From an uncultured virus (IMG/VR IMGVR_UViG_3300044267_003392) (lineage: Duplodnaviria; Heunggongvirae; Uroviricota; Caudoviricetes), in the IMG/VR virus record IMGVR_UViG_3300044267_003392: a DNA stretch of 64,000 nucleotides; one strand, 5' to 3'. Positions 38,540 to 48,472 of the stretch are shown one piece after another; the first letter of the stretch is position 1; each line of letters begins with the position of its first letter. The translations under genes and the position numbers were made by a program. The notes beneath the pieces were generated by a model. It had not been told where the DNA came from and did not search any database. It worked only from the letters and a program-made list of their open reading frames with translations.

Positions 38540-41018
38540 TATTACTTGCCTTTTGTTTCATAGCCTCCCTAGTGTTTGCCATGTTCTCTTTTAGTAATGC
38601 CATCGCCTCTGTAGAGTCCTCTTTATTAACATCGGCTGCAACTTTCATCAAGTTAATAGTTGTGTCTGCTTCTAATTTATCTCTTTCAATATCAATTTTT
38701 TCTGCATCAAATACCATGTCTTTTTGCATCTGCATTTGAGTTTCCATAGCTTTTAAGTCAATTTCTTGTTGTTTTAATTTAACAAGTGGATCTTGAGCTT
38801 CTTTGCTTATTCTAGCTTCTTCATCAGACGCTAATTGTTTTGTCATTTCTGCTTCAATTTTTGCTTGTTCTGCTGCTTGTTGATTTATTAATTGATCCAT
38901 CTGCTGTTGTAATTGTTGTACTGCTTGGGGGTTTTGTTGTGCCTGTTGCATTGCTTGTTGTAACTCTTGAAACTGTGGTCCGTATTTTTCTTGCATTTGT
39001 TCACTCGCCATTAATGATATGTGTTCTGATACATGAGCTTGTAACATTGCATATAACTGCGGATTAATTTGTACCATTCTTGTAAACATAAATTCTGCAT
39101 GTGCAGATATATGTGACATATGATCTTGCATAGGAAACGGTTTTGGTTCTTTGCCACGCATTGCACCAGCGTTTTCCATTGCAGGTGACATAGGTTGTGG
39201 ATTGCCTGGATCTGGTAGTAATAACGATTCTACATTATCAACACCCATCGCCGCATACATTCTTCTATATGCTTCACGTAAATTGTGTAATTGTGGTGCA
39301 GCATTAGCAAGTTGTAATTGTTGTTGTGCTAATGTAACACGTTGTGCCATAGAAAATATGTTAGGGTCAGATACAGGTAGTATATCTACTCTGTCATCAA
39401 AATCTTGTTGTTTAATCATTTGGTTTCCACCAACAACCATGTAAGGATATTGTGGTGGTAAATAAATAGAGAATACTTTTGCCAATAGTTTAAATTCTAT
39501 TTTTTGTGCATAGTGTAATCGTTTGTGTATTGCACTCATAACTTTTGTGCCACGCTCTATTAATGCTAGTGTTGTGCCTACAGGATTTTGTTCGTTGCCT
39601 TCACCCATTTTCATGTCTGCTATTGCAGCAAATGATTTACCTGCATCAACAGCGAAACCTAATAATTGAAATAATACAGCTGACGGTTCCTTGTATGGAA
39701 GCATCATTAATGATTCTTTTATTGATTGTCCTGTTACATCTACATCTCTAAACTCACCCGGTTGTAAAGGTTCATCGTGATCACGTATACGCATGCCACG
39801 TGCCTTAAAACCTGCTGGTAAGTTAGCAAGAGTACCTGCATCAATTAATTGTCGCAAAGCACTTGTTGCAGTTCTTGATAACCCACCAAGCATGTGGATA
39901 AGACCAAATCCATAAAAGCCTAATCCAGGGAGGAACTTATAGTGTACAAAATAATGGTTCTTCATAAAGTTTAGATCACCTTCTTTGTAATTTCTTTTTA
40001 TTGACAATATCTCTTGTGAGTATTGATCAATAGAAACTATGTAAGGTAATTTAACCCCAGACGTATCTTCAAATCCTGGTACGTCTGCATTTATATGCAT
40101 TTCCAATATTGTATGTTCTTCATCGCTAGAGCCATAATTTTTTTCTGCTCCATCTAATTCGTCTATTTTATCTGCAACGTCATCAGAATCAATTTGTCCA
40201 GTTGGTAATTCTATGTCACGGTAAAAACCTTGTAATTGTTGTTTACGTATATCGTTGCCACTTGTTTTTATAATGTGTGTAATTCTATCAGCTGATTCTA
40301 AATCAGTTGCCATGTAGTTTATAACAAGATCTTCACCTGCAACAAATTTTGCACAGGCACGTTTCATCAAACCATCATAGTAAACTTTTTTAAATGCAGA
40401 ACCACACAACGGTAAATAAAACAATAACTGGTCCATGTCTGGATCGTATTCTTGCATTACCTCTGTTATTTGGTAATTCATAAATTCTTGCACACGCTGT
40501 GCTTGTTCGTTTGTTTCAGGTGTTTCTACACCTACAACTTGAGTTCGTACGGGGCCGCTTGGGGGGAGAAGTTCCTTATACGCTTGGGCTTGAAACTGTG
40601 TAACAGATTCAGCGAGTAAGGGATGTACGACCCCGGACGCTCCTTCGAATGGTTGTGTGCGGTCTTCATATTTGAAGCCTAGCATATCAAGGCCTTTGAT
40701 ATAGGTATCTTCCCAATCTTTCCTTGAATCACGATCCGATTCGAATTCAGCTAGTAGATCACTTGCAAATCTACTTAATTCATTATCTTCTATATATTCT
40801 GCTAAATTAGCATCATGTGGTACTTGCGACAAATCTATTGGTGCGTTTGGATCTAAATTAATTTCTGCACTACCATCTTCTAGTAGTTCTACGTCAGATT
40901 CAAAGTCAACACCTTTCTCAGGATTAATTTCTATTTCCTCACCAGTAGGTTCTATTTCTAGTGCACCTGTAAGTGCTTCTAATGCTTTATCTATATTGTT
41001 TTTATTATTATCAGCCAT
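38499..41018 (-). CDS. Portal protein (P22-like, long Gln-rich C-terminal barrel)
   Basis: 839 aa. SRKDWE, HPLLAE...QFQA, LP..GSAFKKVY, GFYGFGL, LIDAGTL.NLP.G motifs. Downstream of TerL. Confidence 0.85.
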   Translation of the reverse strand: MADNNKNNIDKALEALTGALEIEPTGEEIEINPEKGVDFESDVELLEDGSAEINLDPNAPIDLSQVPHDANLAEYIEDNELSRFASDLLAEFESDRDSRKDWEDTYIKGLDMLGFKYEDRTQPFEGASGVVHPLLAESVTQFQAQAYKELLPPSGPVRTQVVGVETPETNEQAQRVQEFMNYQITEVMQEYDPDMDQLLFYLPLCGSAFKKVYYDGLMKRACAKFVAGEDLVINYMATDLESADRITHIIKTSGNDIRKQQLQGFYRDIELPTGQIDSDDVADKIDELDGAEKNYGSSDEEHTILEMHINADVPGFEDTSGVKLPYIVSIDQYSQEILSIKRNYKEGDLNFMKNHYFVHYKFLPGLGFYGFGLIHMLGGLSRTATSALRQLIDAGTLANLPAGFKARGMRIRDHDEPLQPGEFRDVDVTGQSIKESLMMLPYKEPSAVLFQLLGFAVDAGKSFAAIADMKMGEGNEQNPVGTTLALIERGTKVMSAIHKRLHYAQKIEFKLLAKVFSIYLPPQYPYMVVGGNQMIKQQDFDDRVDILPVSDPNIFSMAQRVTLAQQQLQLANAAPQLHNLREAYRRMYAAMGVDNVESLLLPDPGNPQPMSPAMENAGAMRGKEPKPFPMQDHMSHISAHAEFMFTRMVQINPQLYAMLQAHVSEHISLMASEQMQEKYGPQFQELQQAMQQAQQNPQAVQQLQQQMDQLINQQAAEQAKIEAEMTKQLASDEEARISKEAQDPLVKLKQQEIDLKAMETQMQMQKDMVFDAEKIDIERDKLEADTTINLMKVAADVNKEDSTEAMALLKENMANTREAMKQKASNNGNRTNKKTTNQA

Positions 41019-44000
41019 TTACAGCTATTCCCCCTCGTTTGTATGCGCCCAATCCTTTAGAAATTCTATCTATTGCTTGTGGATTATCCTTTATAAGCAA
41101 CATTGGAACTTCATAAGCCCTATTGTTGTCATCAACTATAACAGATTTCATAAATTTTGCACCACTTTTTTTAGACACTTTTTTCATTGCCCCTTCTGCT
41201 ATTGGACCGTAAGCAGTTATGTTACCTATGTAATCTCTACTGCCCACTGATGTGCTTCTATTTTTTATTGCTGGTGTTGATATGGATATGCCATCATACC
41301 CACCTTCTTGTGCTGTTTTAAGTGCATACTTCATAACAAACTCGTTATAATCTTCTGTTTTAGAGTATGGTCCTTGAGGTATACCACTATTATCACCAGA
41401 ACCAGCTGCTGCTCTTTTATCTGCAATAATTTTTCTTATCTTTGCACGCTCTCTGTTTAATCTTGCTAGTCGCACTTGTGTTTGTTTTGTTTGTGGCATT
41501 GATAATAAATCTTCTATCTTGGATTGTATTAACATCATTTGTTGCTCGTTTGCATTATCTGTCTCTCTTACCAAATCACCACGCTCTGCATATTTTGATT
41601 GTCTTAGATCATCGCGGTATGCACGTTGGTTTGTTTGTCCTGCTGCCTGTGCTTTTTTAACTCTTCTGCCTGCAGCATTTACTGGTTGGTGCATATCAGA
41701 TTGTATTTCTTCTATGTGTAATATTCTTCTGCCAAATTCATCTGTTCTATCAGACGTACGCATGTGTACAAAACCATTATTTCGTTGTGAAGTTGTTAAA
41801 TTAAAATCATGCGCGTATGTGTATGATGGTTCTGTATTACGCAGTGATCCTGGTTTGTGATTGTACTTAAATAAAAACTCACGGTAGTTTGATCCACCAC
41901 CCATTGTTTGTTGTCCACGATAACTAGCTTCTCTCGCATACTCTTTAAATCCTCCAAGTCTTACACCAGTTGTTGATGCAATTTCTTGTAATGGTTGTTT
42001 TAATTCGTACGGAAACTTTTGTGGAAATCCTTCTGTAATAGAATTAGCAACACCAAAGTTTTTTTGCACTAGATCTTCTATAGTTGCAATTTCTTTTAGT
42101 ATTGCATCTTTGTTATTATTATTTACTGCTTCTTCTAATGAAGGTATTCTCATTTTCATACCACTTAAAACATTTTTTAATGGTCCAGGTCTATATGCTT
42201 GTAAATCTGTTTTTCGGTAAAGTCTAGTAAGTGCTTTTGATTCTTTTACCTTAGGTGAGCCTAATGATATTACATCTATTTCAGGTGCAAGCTTTGTATC
42301 AAACTCTTCTATTATCTGTGCTTTTGATAATGTCTTATTTCCGTTTCTAGATAAGTGTGTCGATAATTGTGTATCATTTAATTCCATGTCCTTAATAGGA
42401 TTGTGTTTTGCAAATGGTCGTTTTAAATATGCTAGCCATTCTGATCCTTTTGCAGACTCCATTGGTGCATCTATAAGTTTCTCACGTGATGACCAAAACA
42501 TTGCACCAGCTGTGTCATCTTCCGGGAATTTAGCTTTTTTTGAATAACTTGTACCTATGGTATACATATCAGCTGAACCACCAGCTCGTGCATCATCTCT
42601 TAAAAAATTTCTAGCTGCTTTTTCTGTATCAAAATCTTTTATTGGCAAACCAGCTTCATCAAAAACTGTAAACGGTTTATCCGGGCGCATTGGTCCTTGC
42701 TTTTTAGGCCCTGTTATTTTAGGAGAGTATTCTCTTAACTTGCCTATTACTTTTGGTGCTAGTTTCTTTACCAGTCCACCGCCGACAAAATTTTGTGGAT
42801 TAGCTTTTATTTCTTTTACTGCATCACTAACTGTAAACTCTTTAGCCATGCCACCTTGGTTATATGATTTATAAAATTTGTGTGCACCATATTGATCTAT
42901 ATATTGAGGTGCTTGTGATAAACCAAAATTACCTTCAGTTCCTGGCAACGCAAAAAAATCTGCCCCACCTGTAAAATCTTGTTTGTTACCTGCTAATATT
43001 TCACCGGCATAATTGTAATAATCATCATATGTTTTATTGCCTGTGTAATCTTTAAAAAAATTTGTTTTAGATTGAGTGTAAGGAGAAAATCCTGTTGAGG
43101 AAGAAAGAACACTAATTATAGGGCTAATGCCTTCTGCTCTATTAGGCATGTATATACTAGGATTTTGAGATCTATTATAAATTACATGACCTACACCATA
43201 TCCTCCTTGCGGATTTTTATCATCCTCTGCCATCATCATACGTGCCATTGCTTCCTGATCAGACATGTTTTTTATAGCTTTAAATCTTTCACCTTGTCTT
43301 CTGGATATTCCGTATTCTCTGTATGCATCACGAGATGCATCACGAGGATTAGGTGGTTTGTCTTTTCTTTTTACTTGAATACCACCTTTATTAAAACCGT
43401 GTATGTTGCCACCTCTAAATTGTGATTCAAAATCCATTTCCATTTCTTCGTCTCTTAAATTTTTTAATCTTTTTTGTTCTTTAGCTATTTGTTTAGCTTT
43501 TGCTTTTGTGTTGAATATGTTACCAGATGGGGAAAAGGAATCAATAAAACTTTCGAATAAGTCTGTATAGTCACCGTCCTCAGGCAGGGAAGCAAAGTCT
43601 TTCATCTTTTCACTACCGTCACCACGCATAATGCCCATCTTTCTTTCGAACGCTTGCATCTGTGATGGTGTAGTTACATCCCAAGTAATTGGATCATCTT
43701 TTGCATAATCTTCTGGTGACGTCATGTAATAATTCTCATCAACTATTTCTACTTGTCCTGTTTTCTTATCTATGTAGATGTGTTGGTTATTAGCAAAGTC
43801 ATCGCGAATATCAAACTCTATGTGTAGGTCACCGTTTTTTTCTTTTGTCATGTTAACAGGAACTTTGTAACCATCCGAGTTTGTAATTTCATATGATTGT
43901 GTATTTCCCTTGCTACCATAATTTCTAATCCTAGTGCCATTTGCTAAAGTTCTTCCCATAGTATTTGGTCCACTTAATTGATCTAATACACCTACCATTG

Positions 44001-45207
44001 ATTTAATCCATGGTGGTGCACTTCTTGTTATTGTTTTTGTTGCAGCCTGGGCCGCTAGCGGCGTTAATTTACCCACAGGCATTGCTGCAGCAGCAGCTGT
44101 GGCACCAGTTTGTTTCATAAATTTTCTACGTGACGGATCAAACTTTGCACTGTCAATAATTTTTTGTAATCCTTTTTTAATTAGACCACCTTTTGATAAA
44201 CTATATTTGTCCATTAAATCATAATTAATAATCCTACTATCTAGTTCTTGTAAATAGTCATCTCTTCTTTGAGCAATTTCTCCTCTAGGTCTTGCTCTGT
44301 TTATTCCTCTAGGTTCATAAAAAACATTTTGTATATCCAAAGCTTTTGACAAATCGTTTTGTACAGGAATAACGTGACTTATTTCTGGTCTATCATCTTT
44401 TGTAAGTATTCCAATTTTTTCACCTCTTTTTATATCAGCAGCTCTTACATTTCTTTCTTTTAACATTTTTCCCCAAGCAGAATTATCTACTTGTTTTATA
44501 ACATTCTGTACTACTTTATCTTCTGGTATTTTTGCTGCTTTGCCACCTTGGATAGCTCTATTGACTTGTAAAAACAAAGAACTTCTTGCATTAATACCAC
44601 TCATAGTTTTACTTTCTGCTAATGAATCTATATCATTAAATAAATTTATTATTTTTTTATAATTTTTTTCTTTGAGACCAAGATCTGATTTTAATTTTCT
44701 ATCAATAGCAATTGGATTATCAAATTCATCGTACTTTTTAAAATGTCTTCCAAATGCCGAAAGCCCCATTTCAAAAGGTTTGTAATTTTTTCCTGTTGCA
44801 GGATCTATTCTTTTAGCAAGCACACGTTTTCTTTGGGAACTTACATTACGGCCAAACATTTTATCCATTTCTTTTGTTGTAAGTCGAAATAATTGCTTAT
44901 CGGGCATACTTTCAAGAGTATCCATAATGTATTTATTCTTATCTATAGCCTCGTCAGTAAGGCTAGTTTTAAGTTTTTTATTAACAATTGGTTTATCTGC
45001 GAGTACTACACGTGGTATAAATTTGTCTCGATGAAAACTAAAGTTTCCCTTTTCTCCCCTTGCCTTTAAAGGAGTAAGTTCATCAAGTTCATACCGCCTG
45101 CCGTCATATATGCCGTGTGATGCTACCTTTTGACCTTTTCTAGGTCCTCCAGGGATTCCTTCTTTTATTTTTTTAAAAACAATTTTTGCAAATTTTGCTT
45201 TAGACAT
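41011..45207 (-). CDS. 1398-aa multidomain virion protein: HNH-like segment, Tat-signal-led segment, SleB/Hydrolase_2-like cell-wall hydrolase, EEIQSD-type C-terminal domain
   Basis: ISH...N........N (about aa 276-303); SRRKFMK (359-365); MMAE...GVGHVIYNR...GFSPY...GGADFF...YGAHKFY (610-784); ILHIEEIQSDMHQ. Confidence 0.65.
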   Translation of the reverse strand: MSKAKFAKIVFKKIKEGIPGGPRKGQKVASHGIYDGRRYELDELTPLKARGEKGNFSFHRDKFIPRVVLADKPIVNKKLKTSLTDEAIDKNKYIMDTLESMPDKQLFRLTTKEMDKMFGRNVSSQRKRVLAKRIDPATGKNYKPFEMGLSAFGRHFKKYDEFDNPIAIDRKLKSDLGLKEKNYKKIINLFNDIDSLAESKTMSGINARSSLFLQVNRAIQGGKAAKIPEDKVVQNVIKQVDNSAWGKMLKERNVRAADIKRGEKIGILTKDDRPEISHVIPVQNDLSKALDIQNVFYEPRGINRARPRGEIAQRRDDYLQELDSRIINYDLMDKYSLSKGGLIKKGLQKIIDSAKFDPSRRKFMKQTGATAAAAAMPVGKLTPLAAQAATKTITRSAPPWIKSMVGVLDQLSGPNTMGRTLANGTRIRNYGSKGNTQSYEITNSDGYKVPVNMTKEKNGDLHIEFDIRDDFANNQHIYIDKKTGQVEIVDENYYMTSPEDYAKDDPITWDVTTPSQMQAFERKMGIMRGDGSEKMKDFASLPEDGDYTDLFESFIDSFSPSGNIFNTKAKAKQIAKEQKRLKNLRDEEMEMDFESQFRGGNIHGFNKGGIQVKRKDKPPNPRDASRDAYREYGISRRQGERFKAIKNMSDQEAMARMMMAEDDKNPQGGYGVGHVIYNRSQNPSIYMPNRAEGISPIISVLSSSTGFSPYTQSKTNFFKDYTGNKTYDDYYNYAGEILAGNKQDFTGGADFFALPGTEGNFGLSQAPQYIDQYGAHKFYKSYNQGGMAKEFTVSDAVKEIKANPQNFVGGGLVKKLAPKVIGKLREYSPKITGPKKQGPMRPDKPFTVFDEAGLPIKDFDTEKAARNFLRDDARAGGSADMYTIGTSYSKKAKFPEDDTAGAMFWSSREKLIDAPMESAKGSEWLAYLKRPFAKHNPIKDMELNDTQLSTHLSRNGNKTLSKAQIIEEFDTKLAPEIDVISLGSPKVKESKALTRLYRKTDLQAYRPGPLKNVLSGMKMRIPSLEEAVNNNNKDAILKEIATIEDLVQKNFGVANSITEGFPQKFPYELKQPLQEIASTTGVRLGGFKEYAREASYRGQQTMGGGSNYREFLFKYNHKPGSLRNTEPSYTYAHDFNLTTSQRNNGFVHMRTSDRTDEFGRRILHIEEIQSDMHQPVNAAGRRVKKAQAAGQTNQRAYRDDLRQSKYAERGDLVRETDNANEQQMMLIQSKIEDLLSMPQTKQTQVRLARLNRERAKIRKIIADKRAAAGSGDNSGIPQGPYSKTEDYNEFVMKYALKTAQEGGYDGISISTPAIKNRSTSVGSRDYIGNITAYGPIAEGAMKKVSKKSGAKFMKSVIVDDNNRAYEVPMLLIKDNPQAIDRISKGLGAYKRGGIAVNG

Positions 45208-46199
45208 TAGTCCCTCATGTATTCATTAACTGCGTCTTGTAAGTCAGGGCTTATTCTATCTTGTTTTTTCATTCCTTTTCTAAGAAATCTTTTTGCTAAT
45301 GGAATACCAAAACCACCACCAAGTTCCATGGCAAAACTTAAGTCTTGCAATCTTTCTTTTTCTGGTCCTTCATACTCCATGAACGGAAGAACATATTCGC
45401 CTTCTGCTGCATACTTTAATGGTAAGTTTGGTAATCCTGGAACTTTAATATTACCTAAATCAAATTTTCTTAATCCTGGACCAACTAAATCATCAACAGC
45501 AACATTTGAATCAAAAATATTATAACCAAATTTATTTATTGAACTTTGTGATGCTAAATTATTTAGATCTTGCATATATTGTGAAGATAAATTGCTATCA
45601 TACAATTCATCAAATTTTGCAGTAAACATTTCGTCTTCCATTGCTTTATAATCTGCTATTGTTTTATTAGGATTGTTAACAGCAAAAGTTGAAAATGAAG
45701 GCATTACACTATCAACATAATTGTAAGCATCGTCTGCTATGTTTTGAAATTCTGGTTCGTATTTAGAATCTATAGTAGCTTGGGTGTCTAACATTAAATT
45801 TTTACTTAATGATTCATCCATCATAGGGTTTTCAATAGTTAAACTTGGTAGTCCTGTAAATTCATTTATTAAAGCGGAAACTGTATCTTTTCCTCTGTCG
45901 GTTATAATATTTTGAAAATCAATTCCTGGTATTAATGTATTTCTTTCCATGCCCTCTTGTGTAAATGGGTTGTAATAATCTGCGCTTGCAAATTGATCAA
46001 CTACAGCGCCTGGAATATCACCTGCAAGATCACCTATAAAAGTTGCTGCATCAAGTAAAGCATTTCCTGGTGCTCTAACAAGTGTGTCTGCATATAAATC
46101 TGGGTTTGTTAATCTGTCTACGTTAGTATCGCCGTACGATTGATAGATCTCTGGTAAATCCAGATAATCGGCTAACGCCATTATTCCTGTGCCAAACAT
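45207..46199 (-). CDS. Acidic hypothetical protein
   Basis: 330 aa, TAATG-coupled to TerL and to the polyprotein. Confidence 0.6.
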   Translation of the reverse strand: MFGTGIMALADYLDLPEIYQSYGDTNVDRLTNPDLYADTLVRAPGNALLDAATFIGDLAGDIPGAVVDQFASADYYNPFTQEGMERNTLIPGIDFQNIITDRGKDTVSALINEFTGLPSLTIENPMMDESLSKNLMLDTQATIDSKYEPEFQNIADDAYNYVDSVMPSFSTFAVNNPNKTIADYKAMEDEMFTAKFDELYDSNLSSQYMQDLNNLASQSSINKFGYNIFDSNVAVDDLVGPGLRKFDLGNIKVPGLPNLPLKYAAEGEYVLPFMEYEGPEKERLQDLSFAMELGGGFGIPLAKRFLRKGMKKQDRISPDLQDAVNEYMRD

Positions 46200-47650
46200 T
46201 AATAGTACTCCCTCCCTCCGACTTGTGTCGTTTTCTCATCTTCGTAATCATCTTTTAACCCAACATAGTAGCCTTGTCTATATTTCATTAAAGCTTGCGT
46301 GGTAGAATCCACGTAGTCATCGTGATCACCGAAAGGAAACGCTGCGCATTCTTCTATCACTTCCTCGGCGAACTTTTTATTGGGCGCCCATATAGCTCCT
46401 GACTCAAATAGTGGAGCCACGCTGTTTACCCTCGAGTGTTTATCATTTCCTCGTGAGGGTGTATAATTTATAACAGGTATTCCTGCTTTTTGCAACTCAT
46501 GAGTGAGTGGCATGCCAGATGCCTTTGCTTCTATCAAAATTGTCTCCGGTTCCCAGTATTTATATTCTTCTTGTGCTATTTGTTTTAGTTCAGGAAAGTT
46601 CCAACGTCCTTTTTTCGCGTCCAGTAGAATTAATGCTTGCGGACCACCTTCTTCAGGCTCAAATACGCCCCATGTTGTTATTGCCGAGTAATCGGCTGTC
46701 TCTTTTGCACTAAACGCTGTATCATAGCTTTGTATAATGTATTTTAGGTGCGGAATTGTATCTTCTTCCCATGTTTGCCACCATTCACGTTTTATAAGTG
46801 CACCTTCCTCGGATGTAGGCTGTTGCATCCACTGTGCTTGCCATTTTGACTCTGGAATAGATGCCTTGACACCTTGTAGACCTTTCATGGTCCAAAAATT
46901 ACCCCACATGGGTTTGTCATTTATAATTGCAGGGAATTCGACAACTTCCCATTGATCAGAATCTTCTGCCTTACCCTGGGCCTCGAGCAGCCGTCCAGTG
47001 AGATCTTTTATTGACCATCTTGTCATAACGACAACGATTGAACCGCCAGGTTGTAGACGTTGACGCGGACCGGATGTATACCATTCGTAATGTGAGTCTA
47101 GAACGGCCGGCGAAAGTGCATCTTGCTCGGAATGAGGGTCATCAATGATAAGTAAGTCTGCACCACGTCCTGTAATCGCACCACCCACACCTGCAGCGAA
47201 GTATTCACCGCCATGGTTTGACTCCCAACGGCCGGCGGCCTTTGAATCAGCTGCTAATCTGACTGTAGGGAAAACTGTTTCGTACTCTGGCGACTCTATA
47301 ACGTTCTTGGCCTTCCGACCGAACCTAATTGCCAGTTCGCCTGTGTGTGTTGTTTGGATAAGCTTGGCCTTTGGATGGTTGCCCATGTAAAATGCAGGAA
47401 AAAGGTTAGATGCGAACTCCGATTTTGTATGTCGGGGTGGCATATTGACAATAAGGCGCTTTAATTCGCCTTTTGCAATACGATTTAGCTTCTCTGCGTA
47501 GATGCGATGGTGTTTTCCTTCTATAAAATCAGGCCAAACAGTCTTGACAAACGATAAAAAATCATTTTGTGACTTTTCTTGCTTGTCTAACAGCGCATTT
47601 TTAAGAATATACTTTAAAGTTTGGGTATCAAGCGTCTCTAAATTGCTCAT
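46199..47650 (-). CDS. terL: Terminase large subunit
   Basis: Walker A NMPPRHTKSE, GRGADLLIIDDP (Walker B), MTRW, nuclease SYDTAF and HDDYVDS. Confidence 0.93.
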   Translation of the reverse strand: MSNLETLDTQTLKYILKNALLDKQEKSQNDFLSFVKTVWPDFIEGKHHRIYAEKLNRIAKGELKRLIVNMPPRHTKSEFASNLFPAFYMGNHPKAKLIQTTHTGELAIRFGRKAKNVIESPEYETVFPTVRLAADSKAAGRWESNHGGEYFAAGVGGAITGRGADLLIIDDPHSEQDALSPAVLDSHYEWYTSGPRQRLQPGGSIVVVMTRWSIKDLTGRLLEAQGKAEDSDQWEVVEFPAIINDKPMWGNFWTMKGLQGVKASIPESKWQAQWMQQPTSEEGALIKREWWQTWEEDTIPHLKYIIQSYDTAFSAKETADYSAITTWGVFEPEEGGPQALILLDAKKGRWNFPELKQIAQEEYKYWEPETILIEAKASGMPLTHELQKAGIPVINYTPSRGNDKHSRVNSVAPLFESGAIWAPNKKFAEEVIEECAAFPFGDHDDYVDSTTQALMKYRQGYYVGLKDDYEDEKTTQVGGREYY

Positions 47651-48285
47651 TTTTGCTCTTTTAAGTCATAAAAATAGTTTTCATCGTCGCCAGCAGTCCA
47701 TTTTGACTTATTTTCAACAGAATAATACTCTGTTGACACTTTAAAATCAGGCTGCGTCGTTTCTGACGGCGTTAATGACTTATCGTAGAATATAACACGG
47801 TTATTTGGCTGTGCTGCGTAATGACCATTGTCCAATTCTAGTATGTTAAACGATTTATGCTCCTCTGGGACCTCAGAATAAGATGTGTTTAAGGTGTTAC
47901 TGTCCGCATGGCAGTTGTCAATCGTAAACAAGTATTCACCATAGTACCATTTTTTTGAGGGCGCAAGGAATTTACATCTAACGCCGGAAAGCGAAGCTTT
48001 TTCTACAATAGTAAAGTGATAGCTAAACGCATCCCACAGTTCTAGTTCTTCTAAAGGAAGATCTTGATCAGTAGGGGCAGTGACAAAAGCACTAATAGGG
48101 AGCTTATCGTATAAAGCACCATATTCCGGCAGATACGTTTCAAAGTAAAGTGCTCGACCTTGGATAGATTTACAGCTAACCCAAACACCTTCTACAAATT
48201 CTCCTTGTCCTTTTTTGTGATCATATAAATATTGTTTTTTTACAAACACCTTTATAGGTGGTAAGTTCGCAACTAAAAAAGCCAT
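47647..48285 (-). CDS. Conserved hypothetical phage protein
   Basis: 212 aa. GALYDKLPISAF, GEYLFTID and EHKSFN...NG..AAQPNNR motifs. ATGA-coupled to TerL. Confidence 0.7.
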   Translation of the reverse strand: MAFLVANLPPIKVFVKKQYLYDHKKGQGEFVEGVWVSCKSIQGRALYFETYLPEYGALYDKLPISAFVTAPTDQDLPLEELELWDAFSYHFTIVEKASLSGVRCKFLAPSKKWYYGEYLFTIDNCHADSNTLNTSYSEVPEEHKSFNILELDNGHYAAQPNNRVIFYDKSLTPSETTQPDFKVSTEYYSVENKSKWTAGDDENYFYDLKEQK

Positions 48286-48420
48286 AAACGATTTAATTTT
48301 TTTAAAAATTTTTTATAACGTTTTTTACGAAGATTGTCACTCTCAAACTTGCCTCTACATAATTCAAAGCATGCTTACGCAAAAAGGGGGGGTTGGGGGT
48401 CGTTTATGTCCCGGGCAAAA

Positions 48421-48441
48421 GTTATCCACAGGTTATCCACA
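48421..48441 (+). promoter_or_regulatory. Two tandem perfect DnaA boxes (TTATCCACA)
   Basis: TTATCCACA at 48422-48430 and 48433-48441, 11-bp period. Confidence 0.75.
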
Positions 48442-48472
48442 GTCAATGTAGCATATTGTCACACCCGGGCAA

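Noticed and set aside
39893..39901. DnaA box TGTGGATAA inside the portal gene
   Set aside because: Single, isolated, and explained by the codons for L-I-H-M.
48386..48399. Intramolecular G-quadruplex
   Set aside because: Only two G-runs (G7 and G5), too few for a standard three-tier four-tract quadruplex.
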